A stretch of 59,413 nucleotides of DNA from a virus (taxonomy: Duplodnaviria > Caudoviricetes). Location: the IMG/VR virus record IMGVR_UViG_3300009034_000039, positions 1 to 59,413 of that record; one strand, 5' to 3'. The notes beneath the pieces are model-generated. The model had not been told where the DNA came from. It was given only the letters and a program-made list of their open reading frames with translations, and did no database searches. Shown here one piece after another: positions 46,919-56,474 of this stretch. Both the position numbers and the translations under genes were made by a program. Numbering within the stretch: the first letter of the stretch is position 1; each line of letters starts with the position of its first letter.

Positions 46919-48846
46919 GTAAGAAAGACATAACTATTAAGTTCCTAGGAACATGTGCGGAAAGATCTTTACCTAGAGAGAGTCCTGCAGCTTGTGCTCA
47001 GTGTGTTGAAGCCGTTAAAGATTCTAAACATGCCTTTCAGAGTAGTCTATTAGTTAATAATAAGTTTATGCTAGATGCCGGGTGGAACTTCTCTAAGTTA
47101 TTAGGTGAAATAGGAGCTAAGTATATTCTTATAACTCATGCCCATTCGGATCATGTAGGAGCTATAGTATCTGAAGACCGGAAGATTAAAGCAGAGATTC
47201 ATGGACCTAAAGGTCTTAGGTCAGACATAACTGAGTTGTATGGTAGTATAGGTCATCAGATAACTGAGCACGAACTTGGAAAGTCTTTTACTTTAGATGG
47301 TGTTAAGTTTAAGTTTGTACCCGTCTATCATAGTAGTAAAGTAGCAACTTACGCTATAAAGATTGATGATCGTGTAATGTACGCCCCGGACTTCTTAGGC
47401 TTTATTAAAGGTTTTGAATTAGAAGGCATTGAACTCTTTATTGGCGATGGTAGTTGTCTTAATAGGTCTATTAAAAGAAAGAACAATGTAGGTCACATGA
47501 GCATGATTAAGCAAGTACAGATGTGTTTTGAAGCTAAAGTTAAATATGTCATGTTTACGCACGTCGGACATCTTTATACTAAGTATGATGAGAGCTTACT
47601 AACTCTAAGAAAGCTCACTAAAGATAGTAAGTTCTATCTGAATACGGAGAAGGTTTACATAGCTAAAGACGCCGACAAGTTTACACTTAAAGCCGACTCT
47701 AGAATCATTAAAGGCGTAGGATCCTATATGAAGTCTAACAAACCTGCTTGGAAGATATCGGCTGCTGAAGAAATCTTCGATGTACCAGGATTTAAATTAC
47801 CTGCCCAGATTATTCTTAAAGTAGATGGTATAAGGATTCAGATGCATATAGCTGAAACAGTATGTTTATTTTTAGAAGATGGGACTTTAGAGAAGAGAGA
47901 TATCTTTAAGAGCTCTGTAGTGGAATTTGCTGAGAAGATTCCCGAAGATACTGTTCTAGATGTTAGAGGTATAGTAAAAGATAATAAGGTTGTAGAGTTC
48001 CAGGTACTCGATATTCTATTCTATAAGAATAAAGATTTAAGAGATCTACCGTTAAGCGAAAGAATGAAGTATCTAGCTAAGATTCCTACCACTAAATATC
48101 TTAAACCTCTTAAGGAAGGAAAGGGATTAGTAACTTGTAAGACTAAAGAGGAGCTTTTTATTGCTATGAAGTGTTCAGAAAATGTGATGATTAAAACTTT
48201 ATCGGGTGCTATTCTTAGGAAAAGTGTTCATAATAAAGGTTGGATTAAGAGGCTAATAGAGAAAGATTGGTGTGAAGGAGAAGGAGGTAAATGGATAACA
48301 GTCAAAGGAAAACATATTTGTATTTCTGCCGATGTTAAGATTTTAAGAGATAGTTCTAAATTAGTTAGAGTTCTTCATGGCAAGGATTCTTCAACTGATT
48401 TAAGATGGCATAAAGGGGTTCCTAATGAGACTGCTCAGAAGATGGCAAAGGATTTACAATATTATCCAATTAAAGTGAGAAATCGCGTTAAAAGTATTGA
48501 AGTTTTTCCGGATGTATTAAATAGTAAAACAACTGGTTTACATATAAATACAGTATCTGGTGGGTATATTAATATTTCTACAAAGAGTACTTCAGTTGAA
48601 CACACCTTTCATCATGAATTAGGTCATTCGGTTTGGAAAGATTTTATTCGAGACACCGACTTTGAGCAATCGTATAGAAGAGTTGCTAAAGGAAGAACTA
48701 TGACTGCTTATGCTAAAACCTCTATAGAAGAGGATTTTTCAGAACACTTTGCTTTCTTTAAAAAGCAACCTGGAGCTTTAAAAGGGTTTTCACCAAAACG
48801 GTATAATCTAATATCAAAATTAATGGAGGATTTAGAACGCAAGTAA
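46915..48846 (+). CDS. Multidomain protein: MBL-fold hydrolase + ATP-dependent ligase-like adenylation domain + zincin peptidase
   Basis: FLGT, THAHSDH; KVDGIR, DILF...PLSER, ENVMIK; HELGH...EDFSE. Confidence 0.8.
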   Translation: MSKKDITIKFLGTCAERSLPRESPAACAQCVEAVKDSKHAFQSSLLVNNKFMLDAGWNFSKLLGEIGAKYILITHAHSDHVGAIVSEDRKIKAEIHGPKGLRSDITELYGSIGHQITEHELGKSFTLDGVKFKFVPVYHSSKVATYAIKIDDRVMYAPDFLGFIKGFELEGIELFIGDGSCLNRSIKRKNNVGHMSMIKQVQMCFEAKVKYVMFTHVGHLYTKYDESLLTLRKLTKDSKFYLNTEKVYIAKDADKFTLKADSRIIKGVGSYMKSNKPAWKISAAEEIFDVPGFKLPAQIILKVDGIRIQMHIAETVCLFLEDGTLEKRDIFKSSVVEFAEKIPEDTVLDVRGIVKDNKVVEFQVLDILFYKNKDLRDLPLSERMKYLAKIPTTKYLKPLKEGKGLVTCKTKEELFIAMKCSENVMIKTLSGAILRKSVHNKGWIKRLIEKDWCEGEGGKWITVKGKHICISADVKILRDSSKLVRVLHGKDSSTDLRWHKGVPNETAQKMAKDLQYYPIKVRNRVKSIEVFPDVLNSKTTGLHINTVSGGYINISTKSTSVEHTFHHELGHSVWKDFIRDTDFEQSYRRVAKGRTMTAYAKTSIEEDFSEHFAFFKKQPGALKGFSPKRYNLISKLMEDLERK

Positions 48847-48908
48847 AAATAATTTTAGTTACTAAAGACGACAAATTAACAGAAAATATTGAAAAGGCAA
48901 TAGAAGCA

Positions 48909-49670
48909 ATGGTGACATTTACGGAAGATAATGTATTTCTTGGTGAAATGTTCTTAAAGAATCCGAGCAAAGATGATTTAAATAAAGATCATTTAATTAA
49001 TTTCTTTAAAGAACAACAAAAGACCATTCAGAAAGAAGTAACCACTGAGACTCCAAGTTGGCACGAACCTAGGCATGATGAAGACAAGCCTACGGAGCAA
49101 GAGGTTTTAGGAGAGTTAAAGGATGTTATTAAAGATGATTGGTGCGCTTCAATGGGTGGAGTGTGGCGGACTATAAGAGGTAATAAAATTTGTATATTAC
49201 CTGGGGAAGGAGCAGCTGAAGCGTTTCGTAGACAACGCTTTGCAAGGATAGAGATACCAGGACAGGAAAAAGGTTGGACTATTAAAGACAATAAAAAACT
49301 TACTAAATTACGGACACAAAATAACAGAAGAAAAGAACTTTGGAAGGAATATAATAAGGAATATGATAATTTACCAAATTGGGTTCAAGACTCGGTACAA
49401 AGAAGAGTAATTTATGGAAGTTATGTAACTGATAAAGAAAAACCTGGAGATATAGATGTAGTTCTATTTATAGATTCTAAAGTGGAACTAACTGATGATC
49501 AGACTGAGTATCTATTCGGAGAATTAGAAGAGAAATTTAATAAACCAACTGCTGAAGTAAACTTTCATATACTACCAGATGATGAGGAGTTTAGAGAAGA
49601 ATATTTAGAATGTATGAAGTTAGGAGAAGAAATTAGAGGATATGAAGATTATCAGGGGATTCAACATTGA
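48909..49670 (+). CDS. Protein with WxTxxG motif and C-terminal Pol-beta-like nucleotidyltransferase
   Basis: WRTIRGNKICI; YGSYVTDKEKPGDIDVV. Confidence 0.75.
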   Translation: MVTFTEDNVFLGEMFLKNPSKDDLNKDHLINFFKEQQKTIQKEVTTETPSWHEPRHDEDKPTEQEVLGELKDVIKDDWCASMGGVWRTIRGNKICILPGEGAAEAFRRQRFARIEIPGQEKGWTIKDNKKLTKLRTQNNRRKELWKEYNKEYDNLPNWVQDSVQRRVIYGSYVTDKEKPGDIDVVLFIDSKVELTDDQTEYLFGELEEKFNKPTAEVNFHILPDDEEFREEYLECMKLGEEIRGYEDYQGIQH

Positions 49671-49841
49671 AAAAAGAAACTAAAAAGAAGCTTATACTAC
49701 TTAGTTTAGCTACACATTTAAGAACAGAATTTAACTTTTCGAAAGAAGAAGCTAAAAAGAAAGCTGAAGAACTTTACAATAAATTTAAGAAGAAAAGAAA
49801 GCTAAAGTATCAGAGTACAAAAAAGTGGGTGAGGTGATAAC

Positions 49842-50081
49842 ATGAGTAGAGAAGCGCCAAAGTCAATGCTATATTTCATATACCTTTGTAACATTATAGC
49901 AGCTTTAGGTATAGGACTGATATTCTGGACCCGAATGCTTAGACAGAGTAGTCTAGTAATACCAGGATTCTTTCTTCTGATTATGGGTCTAATGGGTTTA
50001 GCGTACTGTTACTATTGGGCACAAAGAGAGATGCAGAGGAAAAGAAAAGAAGAAAAGGAAGAAGAACAAGATGTGGCATGA
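49842..50081 (+). CDS. Two-TM membrane protein
   Basis: Two hydrophobic segments; GAGGTG SD. Confidence 0.6.
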   Translation: MSREAPKSMLYFIYLCNIIAALGIGLIFWTRMLRQSSLVIPGFFLLIMGLMGLAYCYYWAQREMQRKRKEEKEEEQDVA

Positions 50082-50589
50082 CAACTTTGAGTCTGACTAT
50101 GCGACAGTTAGTCTTAATAGATGGATATGGCCAACTGTATTTGAATTAATGCTTAAGTACTTTAAACCTACTAGTATAGTAGATTTAGGTTGTGGTGAAC
50201 ATAGATGGTCTTGGTCAGATGCTGTTATTGTTGGATTTGATAGAGAGAAGATACCTTGGGTTATTTATTCTGATTTTAATAACCAGATAGGTCTATCTAA
50301 TAACTCTACTGACTATTCACTTGCTATAGAAGTTATTGAACATTTAGAGAATCCATTACACTTCTTAAGAGAGATTAAACGAGTAACTAGAAAACGGAGT
50401 ATTATATCTCATCCGGATAGAGCTAATAGTACTGCTTTTTATGGTGAAAGTACTTATGACTCAATGGGTCATATAAGTATAATATCAAGTTGGTTGATGA
50501 AAAAACACTTTGAGAAGTTAGATATGAAGTTACTAGAGACTAGACATGTTAGACACGGACAGATGGCTATTCATGTGGTTGATGTATGA
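50071..50589 (+). CDS. Class I SAM-dependent methyltransferase
   Basis: VDLGCG, EVIEHLENP. Confidence 0.85.
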   Translation: MWHDNFESDYATVSLNRWIWPTVFELMLKYFKPTSIVDLGCGEHRWSWSDAVIVGFDREKIPWVIYSDFNNQIGLSNNSTDYSLAIEVIEHLENPLHFLREIKRVTRKRSIISHPDRANSTAFYGESTYDSMGHISIISSWLMKKHFEKLDMKLLETRHVRHGQMAIHVVDV

Positions 50590-51311
50590 AAGTTATTCTA
50601 TTAGTAGCTTTAAAAGACAGTGAAGATATTCTAGACGACTGGTTTAAGTACGTTAACTTATTAGATCCACAGCCAGATAAGATTATATTTTGTGAGAATA
50701 ACAGTACAGATAAAACTTTAGATAAGCTCCAGGACTGTAAGGTAGACTATGAACTAATAAGATTCTGGACTAGGCCTTGGAAAGAGATAGCTAAGATAAA
50801 CAGGTATTTGACTATTGCTGTAGCTAGACAGTTCTTATTAACTAAAGCCAGATATTTAGATCCAGACAACGCTATATTCTTAGACGATGATGTATTCTCT
50901 AAGAGTAGAGATATGATAGAGTCTTTGACTACATGGGGTTTAGATATAGTTGGTGGACCTTATTTGAGACTATTCCCTACTGGTATCTTTATAGGATCTC
51001 TTTGGAGAGACGCTACGAGAAGGTATAAATATACAACGATAAAGAAGATTAGAAGAGTTCTAGACGAGCCAATAGCTACTAGTGCTGGGTGTCTGTGCTT
51101 AAGTAGAAAGGTTATCCAGGATAGGAGACTTAACTTCTATCCTAGACCTAAGCCAGACGCTTCAGAGGACTTTGGTTACTGTCTTAAGGCTAGGGAGTTA
51201 GGGTATAATATTTACTTGGACGGATTACTTACCTTAACTCACAGACTTAGAAGGAAGAAGAGAGCTTGGATGAGAGATGGTAAAGATGGTAAGTTTATAT
51301 ACGAAGAGTAA
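50586..51311 (+). CDS. GT-A fold (family 2-like) glycosyltransferase
   Basis: ENNSTDKT, FLDDD, SEDFGYC. Confidence 0.85.
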   Translation: MKVILLVALKDSEDILDDWFKYVNLLDPQPDKIIFCENNSTDKTLDKLQDCKVDYELIRFWTRPWKEIAKINRYLTIAVARQFLLTKARYLDPDNAIFLDDDVFSKSRDMIESLTTWGLDIVGGPYLRLFPTGIFIGSLWRDATRRYKYTTIKKIRRVLDEPIATSAGCLCLSRKVIQDRRLNFYPRPKPDASEDFGYCLKARELGYNIYLDGLLTLTHRLRRKKRAWMRDGKDGKFIYEE

Positions 51312-51352
51312 TATTTAAATACTTGTTTAGCTTAATATTAATCAGATAAGAA

Positions 51353-51556
51353 ATGGTAGCTAGACAGACAAAGAAAAATGGTTGTAAAGTTACTTATTGT
51401 GACTACCATATCTGTGGAAGTATGAGCTGTATAGGTCGCGAGGAAGATAATATAACCATTCTTAAATATCCAAATGCTTGTAATAGAGGAATGGCTTGGA
51501 TGGCTGATGCACTAGCTGGTAAGAAGGTTAGAAGTTTTTACCATAATAAAGTCTAG
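51353..51556 (+). CDS. Cys-rich hypothetical protein
   Basis: TATA at 51310-51321. Confidence 0.45.
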   Translation: MVARQTKKNGCKVTYCDYHICGSMSCIGREEDNITILKYPNACNRGMAWMADALAGKKVRSFYHNKV

Positions 51557-52090
51557 AATCTTTTTAATAACTAAGTCCCATCTATCAAACTCTTTAGCAG
51601 TTATATGTAGACTTTCTATACCGAATGAAGCAAACCACTTATCCTTTCTAGCGTCTGCCTTCTTAGTCATCTTATGGAAAGGACCATCTGCTTCTATTCT
51701 CTTCTGGGTAAAGGGATTATAGAAGTCTATCCTGCATCTACCACTTTTAGGACCAGGGAAAGGACAGTTATGAATAAAGTCATTAGCAACATCTAGGTAT
51801 ATTAGAAACATCCAAGTTAACTCTTCTAGAGAAGACCAGTGGTTATAGTGCCATCTACGTGAACAGGAAGAAGAGAACTTAATAAAGGCTACTTCTCTAG
51901 GGGAAGTACGTGGATACTTCCTATTAGTGGCTCTGCAGAAAGCTCTATAGCCACCGAACACTTCCATAAGCCTCTCAAAGAGTTCAGGCCTCTTCTTCTT
52001 AACCGTCTTATAATGAGGAGTACCTCTTTTAAGTTCTTCTCTAAACTCAGTCTCAAAAGCTATGTTTAGATCTTTACGAATAAAGCTCAA
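51512..52090 (-). CDS. DUF559/Vsr-like PD-(D/E)XK endonuclease
   Basis: RIDFY...IEADGPFH...DARKDKW...G; TTG start at 52090 preferred. Confidence 0.75.
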   Translation of the reverse strand: MSFIRKDLNIAFETEFREELKRGTPHYKTVKKKRPELFERLMEVFGGYRAFCRATNRKYPRTSPREVAFIKFSSSCSRRWHYNHWSSLEELTWMFLIYLDVANDFIHNCPFPGPKSGRCRIDFYNPFTQKRIEADGPFHKMTKKADARKDKWFASFGIESLHITAKEFDRWDLVIKKILDFIMVKTSNLLTS

Positions 52091-52226
52091 TGATCTTGTT
52101 GAGCATTTTGATGAAGGCTGGTTTCTTTGTACTTTCTCCAAGTAACTCAACTGCCCGCCAGAACTTACCATACTCAGTTGGTGTTAGTGTAAATTGTAAA
52201 CTTTTAGTCTTAGACCGTTTGTTCAA
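52074..52226 (-). CDS. 50-aa RHH-like protein (not in ORF track)
   Basis: MNKRSKTKSLQFTLTPTEYGKFW...; TTG start overlapping the upstream gene. Confidence 0.5.
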   Translation of the reverse strand: MNKRSKTKSLQFTLTPTEYGKFWRAVELLGESTKKPAFIKMLNKIIELYS

Positions 52227-52380
52227 TGTCACGACGCCTCTTTAATTCACGTCTATAAGCTTCTTCTACGAACTCAGTAATGCCTATCTTGTGCTTTAGA
52301 CAGAATGTACGGATCTCTAACCAAAGCTTCTCTGAGACTCTAGCGCCACAAGTCTTACGGCCATTAGGTTTACTTGGCAT
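52210..52380 (-). CDS. 56-aa ribbon-helix-helix protein (not in ORF track)
   Basis: MPSKPNGRKTCGARVSEKLWLEIRTFCLKHKIGITEFVEEAY. Confidence 0.65.
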   Translation of the reverse strand: MPSKPNGRKTCGARVSEKLWLEIRTFCLKHKIGITEFVEEAYRRELKRRRDIEQTV

Positions 52381-52385
52381 TTTTA

Positions 52386-52589
52386 TTACCCTGATATATA
52401 CATCCCATAAGTGAAAGAAAAGAATGCGAGAATACCTATACCAGCGCCTAAACCTAGATTTACCGTTATTGCTGTTACCACTGAAGCTATTATAAGAAAA
52501 AGACTACTTACTATTAATAGGGCACTAAGTAGGATCGGATCTCGTAGTCCACCTATAAGATTCTTTTTTAACCAGTTCCAATATCCCAT
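52386..52589 (-). CDS. Two-TM membrane protein
   Basis: Hydrophobic; first gene of the only minus-strand operon. Confidence 0.6.
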   Translation of the reverse strand: MGYWNWLKKNLIGGLRDPILLSALLIVSSLFLIIASVVTAITVNLGLGAGIGILAFFSFTYGMYISG

Positions 52590-52624
52590 TTTAAAGCTTC
52601 CTAATAAGAGTCTTAGTTCTAGCA

Positions 52625-52690
52625 TTTATAAAGATTACTAGAGGACTGATGGGTTAAAAGATTAATAATTTAATTAGCTAGTTTAAATAA
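52625..52690. promoter_or_regulatory. Divergent TATA promoters
   Basis: Minus strand AATCTTTATAAA (52625-52636, identical to 33672-33683); plus strand GTTTAAATAA (52681-52690). Confidence 0.6.
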
Positions 52691-52724
52691 TGTTTATGTA
52701 CATCTTTATATTAGCGGTGGATAA

Positions 52725-54446
52725 ATGGTAGACTATTTGGGAACCAATGAGGGTATACTCAAACACCCTCTGGTTCAATCACTGCTGAACCAAGCAAAGA
52801 TAAATAAGATCAAGCTAGATTATATTCTAGATTTTTCTATAGTCAAGAAGTTCAAGACTAAGGATCGTTTTGTTATAGCTGGTTACGCTTCAGTAGAGGT
52901 TATAGATACTCAGAATGAACTCATACCTATAGAGACTCTTAAGGAGTCTTTCGATAGGTTCATGAAAACAGATGAATTTGCTCTTAGTTCTATTATGCAT
53001 AGTAATATTCCTATAGCTAAGATTTTAAAGGAATATACTGACTCTGAAGGTACTAAGTGGGTTAGTCACGTTAATGAAGATGGCTTGTTTATAGTTGCTG
53101 AGGTAAGGCAAGACATAAAGAAGGGAGAGCAGACCTGTGATCTAATTGAGAAAGGAGTTCTAACAGGTTTCTCTATAGGCGGAGAAGCGCTCGCTACTTC
53201 TACAGTATGTGAAGGACCTACTGGATCTAGTTGTTACACGAAAATTGATAAACTTGATATCCATGAGATAGCTATTGTGGATAGGCCAGCTAATCAACCT
53301 TCAGTATTTACTATAGTTAAAAGGTATGAACCTATGTTAAAGGTTTGGGAAGAGACAGAAGAGAATATTAGAAGTGGACATGGAGATTTAGCTTCTTTCG
53401 ACAAAGACAGCATGCGGACAATTACAATAGATCAAGATAAAGGAATTAAAGCTATAGTTGGTTGCCCAAAGGGTAACTATGAAGGCGGTAAGTGTAAAGT
53501 TGGAGTTGAAGTTCAATCATTTCTATTTGATAAAGAAAAATGGACAATGGAAAGAGCGAAGAAATGGTTTAAGAAGCATAAAGATGCTAAGAAGGTCTAT
53601 ACTGTGAAGAAGGGGATAACAGTAGAGGAGATTAAGGCTAAACTAATAGAAGCCTTTAAACGAAGAGATACTCTACAGAAGAAGATAAATGATTTTTGGA
53701 GTAGCCAACCGAAGCCTTCAAGTATTATAGAAGTAGAGAGAAGTGTTTCTATGGTAAATGCTGAGATCAGTGCTCTAGAGAAGGCTTTAGGTGAGCTTAT
53801 TATTAAAGGTTCAGAAGATCCTAATAAGGTCAGGACTGGAGAGCAACCTGAAGGAGACGAGGAACTAGAGAAAGTTGACTCTTTACTTGAACTCGGTAAA
53901 GTTATGAAAGGCCCTGTAGATAGATTAGGTTTTAAACTATTATTATTACGGGTAAAAGCTCTTAAAGAAGAAGAGAAACCTACGATTGGTGATAAAAAAA
54001 TTCCTTATAATAAAATAGGGAATATGAAAAAAGCTGAATTTAATGGCCAAGAAGGTAAATGGGTTACAATTCGAGGTAAGAAAGTATTTATTCCTAGTGG
54101 TTATGGTGAATTAGATAAATATGAATTATCTGGTAAAGAGAGGTTTCTTGCCGAGCACGTAGATAAACATGGAACTAGATATTATGCTCGACAGTCCGTA
54201 TATGGTGATCATTATGTTCTTTTAGGTCGAGGTAAGGATCAAGAGTATGCTGGATTTATATCAGTTCAACGTAAAACTAAAAAGTTTAAAACGAAAGAAG
54301 AAGCAGTGACTTATGCTAAGAAACATTTTCCAAAAGGAAATAAAAAGAAGTTAAAGTTTTATAGTGCTTGTCAAGTATTAAAGTTACGGGCGGAAGCCTT
54401 AACCAAATTGAAGAGAGTCGGTGGCGTTGGCTCTTCGAGGGTTTAG
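52725..54446 (+). CDS. HK97-type prohead protease with extra C-terminal domains
   Basis: IAGYAS...DTQNE, MH, GFSIGG, EIAIVDRPAN. Confidence 0.9.
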   Translation: MVDYLGTNEGILKHPLVQSLLNQAKINKIKLDYILDFSIVKKFKTKDRFVIAGYASVEVIDTQNELIPIETLKESFDRFMKTDEFALSSIMHSNIPIAKILKEYTDSEGTKWVSHVNEDGLFIVAEVRQDIKKGEQTCDLIEKGVLTGFSIGGEALATSTVCEGPTGSSCYTKIDKLDIHEIAIVDRPANQPSVFTIVKRYEPMLKVWEETEENIRSGHGDLASFDKDSMRTITIDQDKGIKAIVGCPKGNYEGGKCKVGVEVQSFLFDKEKWTMERAKKWFKKHKDAKKVYTVKKGITVEEIKAKLIEAFKRRDTLQKKINDFWSSQPKPSSIIEVERSVSMVNAEISALEKALGELIIKGSEDPNKVRTGEQPEGDEELEKVDSLLELGKVMKGPVDRLGFKLLLLRVKALKEEEKPTIGDKKIPYNKIGNMKKAEFNGQEGKWVTIRGKKVFIPSGYGELDKYELSGKERFLAEHVDKHGTRYYARQSVYGDHYVLLGRGKDQEYAGFISVQRKTKKFKTKEEAVTYAKKHFPKGNKKKLKFYSACQVLKLRAEALTKLKRVGGVGSSRV

Positions 54447-54475
54447 AATCGCTAACGAAAAGAAAAGTGAGAAAA

Positions 54476-55093
54476 ATGACAAAAGAAAAGGTTACAAAAC
54501 CTTGCCCCGAAGAAGAGAAGAAGAAAGGCAATATAGTTATAAATGCAGACGTGAAGCCGGAAGACGAAGAAGAAAAGACTAAAGCTGAAGTTATACCTCA
54601 GTGGGGTCTAGACCTCAAAGCGTCTCTTGAACGTGTTGTAGATCTTATAGAGCGCAAGCAAGATCCAGAAGAGGAAAAAGAACCTCCTAAGGATGAGGAA
54701 GAAAAGAAACAGGACGACGAGGAGAAAGTACCTCCAAAGGACGAGGAAGAGAAGCAAGACGATGAAGAGAAAGAACCACCTAAAGATGAAGAGAAGCAAG
54801 ATGACGAAGAGAAGCCAGAAGATGAGGAAGAAAAGAATAAAGTTCTTACTGACATGGTTAAGACTGAAGTTGCACGCGTTGTTGGGGATATTGGTGCTGT
54901 TGAATTAGCTAAGAGAGGTAAGGCTGGAGATGGGAAGCCTAAAGCTCTTGACTTGTTCACCATGCATAAGATACCATTCAGCGCTATCCATAAAGCATCT
55001 GGTTTTCCAGATGTTCCGGAGTACGACTTAACTCAAGTGCCAGGTTGGAAAGGACAGTCTTCACTGCTTATCAGGACTAGGAAGAAGGATTAG
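54476..55093 (+). CDS. Scaffolding protein
   Basis: Acidic repeats; lies between protease and capsid genes; ATG at 54476 preferred. Confidence 0.7.
   Translation: MTKEKVTKPCPEEEKKKGNIVINADVKPEDEEEKTKAEVIPQWGLDLKASLERVVDLIERKQDPEEEKEPPKDEEEKKQDDEEKVPPKDEEEKQDDEEKEPPKDEEKQDDEEKPEDEEEKNKVLTDMVKTEVARVVGDIGAVELAKRGKAGDGKPKALDLFTMHKIPFSAIHKASGFPDVPEYDLTQVPGWKGQSSLLIRTRKKD
54655..54835 (+). repeat. Four degenerate KQDDEEKEPPKDEE coding repeats
   Basis: Visible in both DNA and translation. Confidence 0.85.
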
Positions 55094-55095
55094 AG

Positions 55096-56241
55096 ATGCC
55101 AGTAAAAAGATTTAATTCGATGGATGCTCTATTTGCGCATTACTACGGTGATATGCGACTTGTTCGTAAAGAGATAACGAGACAGACACCAGGTCAAGGC
55201 ACTTGGTGGGAGCCACTGTACGGCGCTAAAGTCTGGAGTCAAGTGAACCTTGAAGCTAATGGTTTCGCTATAGTTCCTAAGGAACCATGGCGTAGTTCAG
55301 GTTTCAGGTATCTATTGACCACAGGCGACACTCTGACAGTAGCGGGTTCAGCAACGCATACTATAGCCGAATCTGGTGCAATCTCAGGAACGCTATCAGA
55401 TCCGACTTTCTTGCAGTTGAACCTTACGCCTAAGACTATTGTTCAAGGCCTAAATGCTTCTGAAGTAGCGGAATTTCTGGGTAAAGTTGACGACGCTGTT
55501 GACATTGTACCTTATCTGAGAGAACTCAAAGGTAAAGTGCACGCGAGGATGTTGAACATCCTAGTCATAGGTGAAGTTGACACTGTTGACTCTGCGGGAT
55601 TTACGCCACTTGACAGGATTGTGTCAAGCTATGCAGAAGTTAACGGCAATGGATACATAGACGCTAACGACTCAGACGTGTTCGGCCAAGACAGAGACTC
55701 GGCAGCTAATGACTCGATAGACGCTCAAGTTTCAGAGAACGACGGTACTCTTCGAGACCTTACACTAAGCGTTATTGATAACATCCAGGACAACATCTGG
55801 GACCACGACGGACATCCTAAAGTGATCTTTACAAGGAACAACACGCTTGTTGCTTGGCAAGCACTTCTAGAGTCCGAGAGGAGATTCATGGACTCAGCGA
55901 GAGTAGTTCCTACTTTCGGTGGAGTTCGTGGAGTTGCTCCGGGAGTTGAAGCTGGTTTCATGGTAGCGACATACCTCGGTGTGCCTATCATAACTAGCAT
56001 AGACGTTCCTTACTCAGATGCTCCGAACTCTGGAGGTACATCAGGCTTAGGTAAGATATACTTCTTAGATACGGACTATCTCCGGCTAAGAGTAATGAAG
56101 CCTACCACGTACTTCGAGACTGAGAGAAATGTAGGGTTCGCCTACATGGACGATCTAACGATCAAAGGCTACTACGAGACCATAGCAGAGATGCTATGTA
56201 CATCTCTTAACAGGCAAGGCAAAGTAACGGACATCCAGTAG
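55096..56241 (+). CDS. Major capsid protein (HK97 fold)
   Basis: 381 aa after protease/scaffold; YGAKVW, PKxPW, YLGVPII, IYFLDT motifs. Confidence 0.88.
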   Translation: MPVKRFNSMDALFAHYYGDMRLVRKEITRQTPGQGTWWEPLYGAKVWSQVNLEANGFAIVPKEPWRSSGFRYLLTTGDTLTVAGSATHTIAESGAISGTLSDPTFLQLNLTPKTIVQGLNASEVAEFLGKVDDAVDIVPYLRELKGKVHARMLNILVIGEVDTVDSAGFTPLDRIVSSYAEVNGNGYIDANDSDVFGQDRDSAANDSIDAQVSENDGTLRDLTLSVIDNIQDNIWDHDGHPKVIFTRNNTLVAWQALLESERRFMDSARVVPTFGGVRGVAPGVEAGFMVATYLGVPIITSIDVPYSDAPNSGGTSGLGKIYFLDTDYLRLRVMKPTTYFETERNVGFAYMDDLTIKGYYETIAEMLCTSLNRQGKVTDIQ

Positions 56242-56243
56242 TA

Positions 56244-56428
56244 GAGCTAATCGCTCAACTAAACAAGTTCCCGGTGGAACTAGACATTCCATCGAGCCTT
56301 GGTGGAAAAGGCTTAGAACCACCATCACTATTCACAGTCATTAAGGTATGACAGCTCCCAATCATAGGAGCACTTTAAGAAACTATCCCGAAGTGGGACC
56401 AAACTCAGGACGAGTGTCTCAAGTTGAG
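56244..56428 (+). other. Array of eight short hairpins with possible pseudoknots in the capsid 3' intergenic region
   Basis: Stems at 56244-56, 56266-81, 56294-314, 56337-52, 56354-71, 56386-98, 56403-15, 56418-28. Confidence 0.65.
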
Positions 56429-56474
56429 GGTGGAAAGATCTTAACCGATAAATATATAGGAGGGGATAAGAAAA

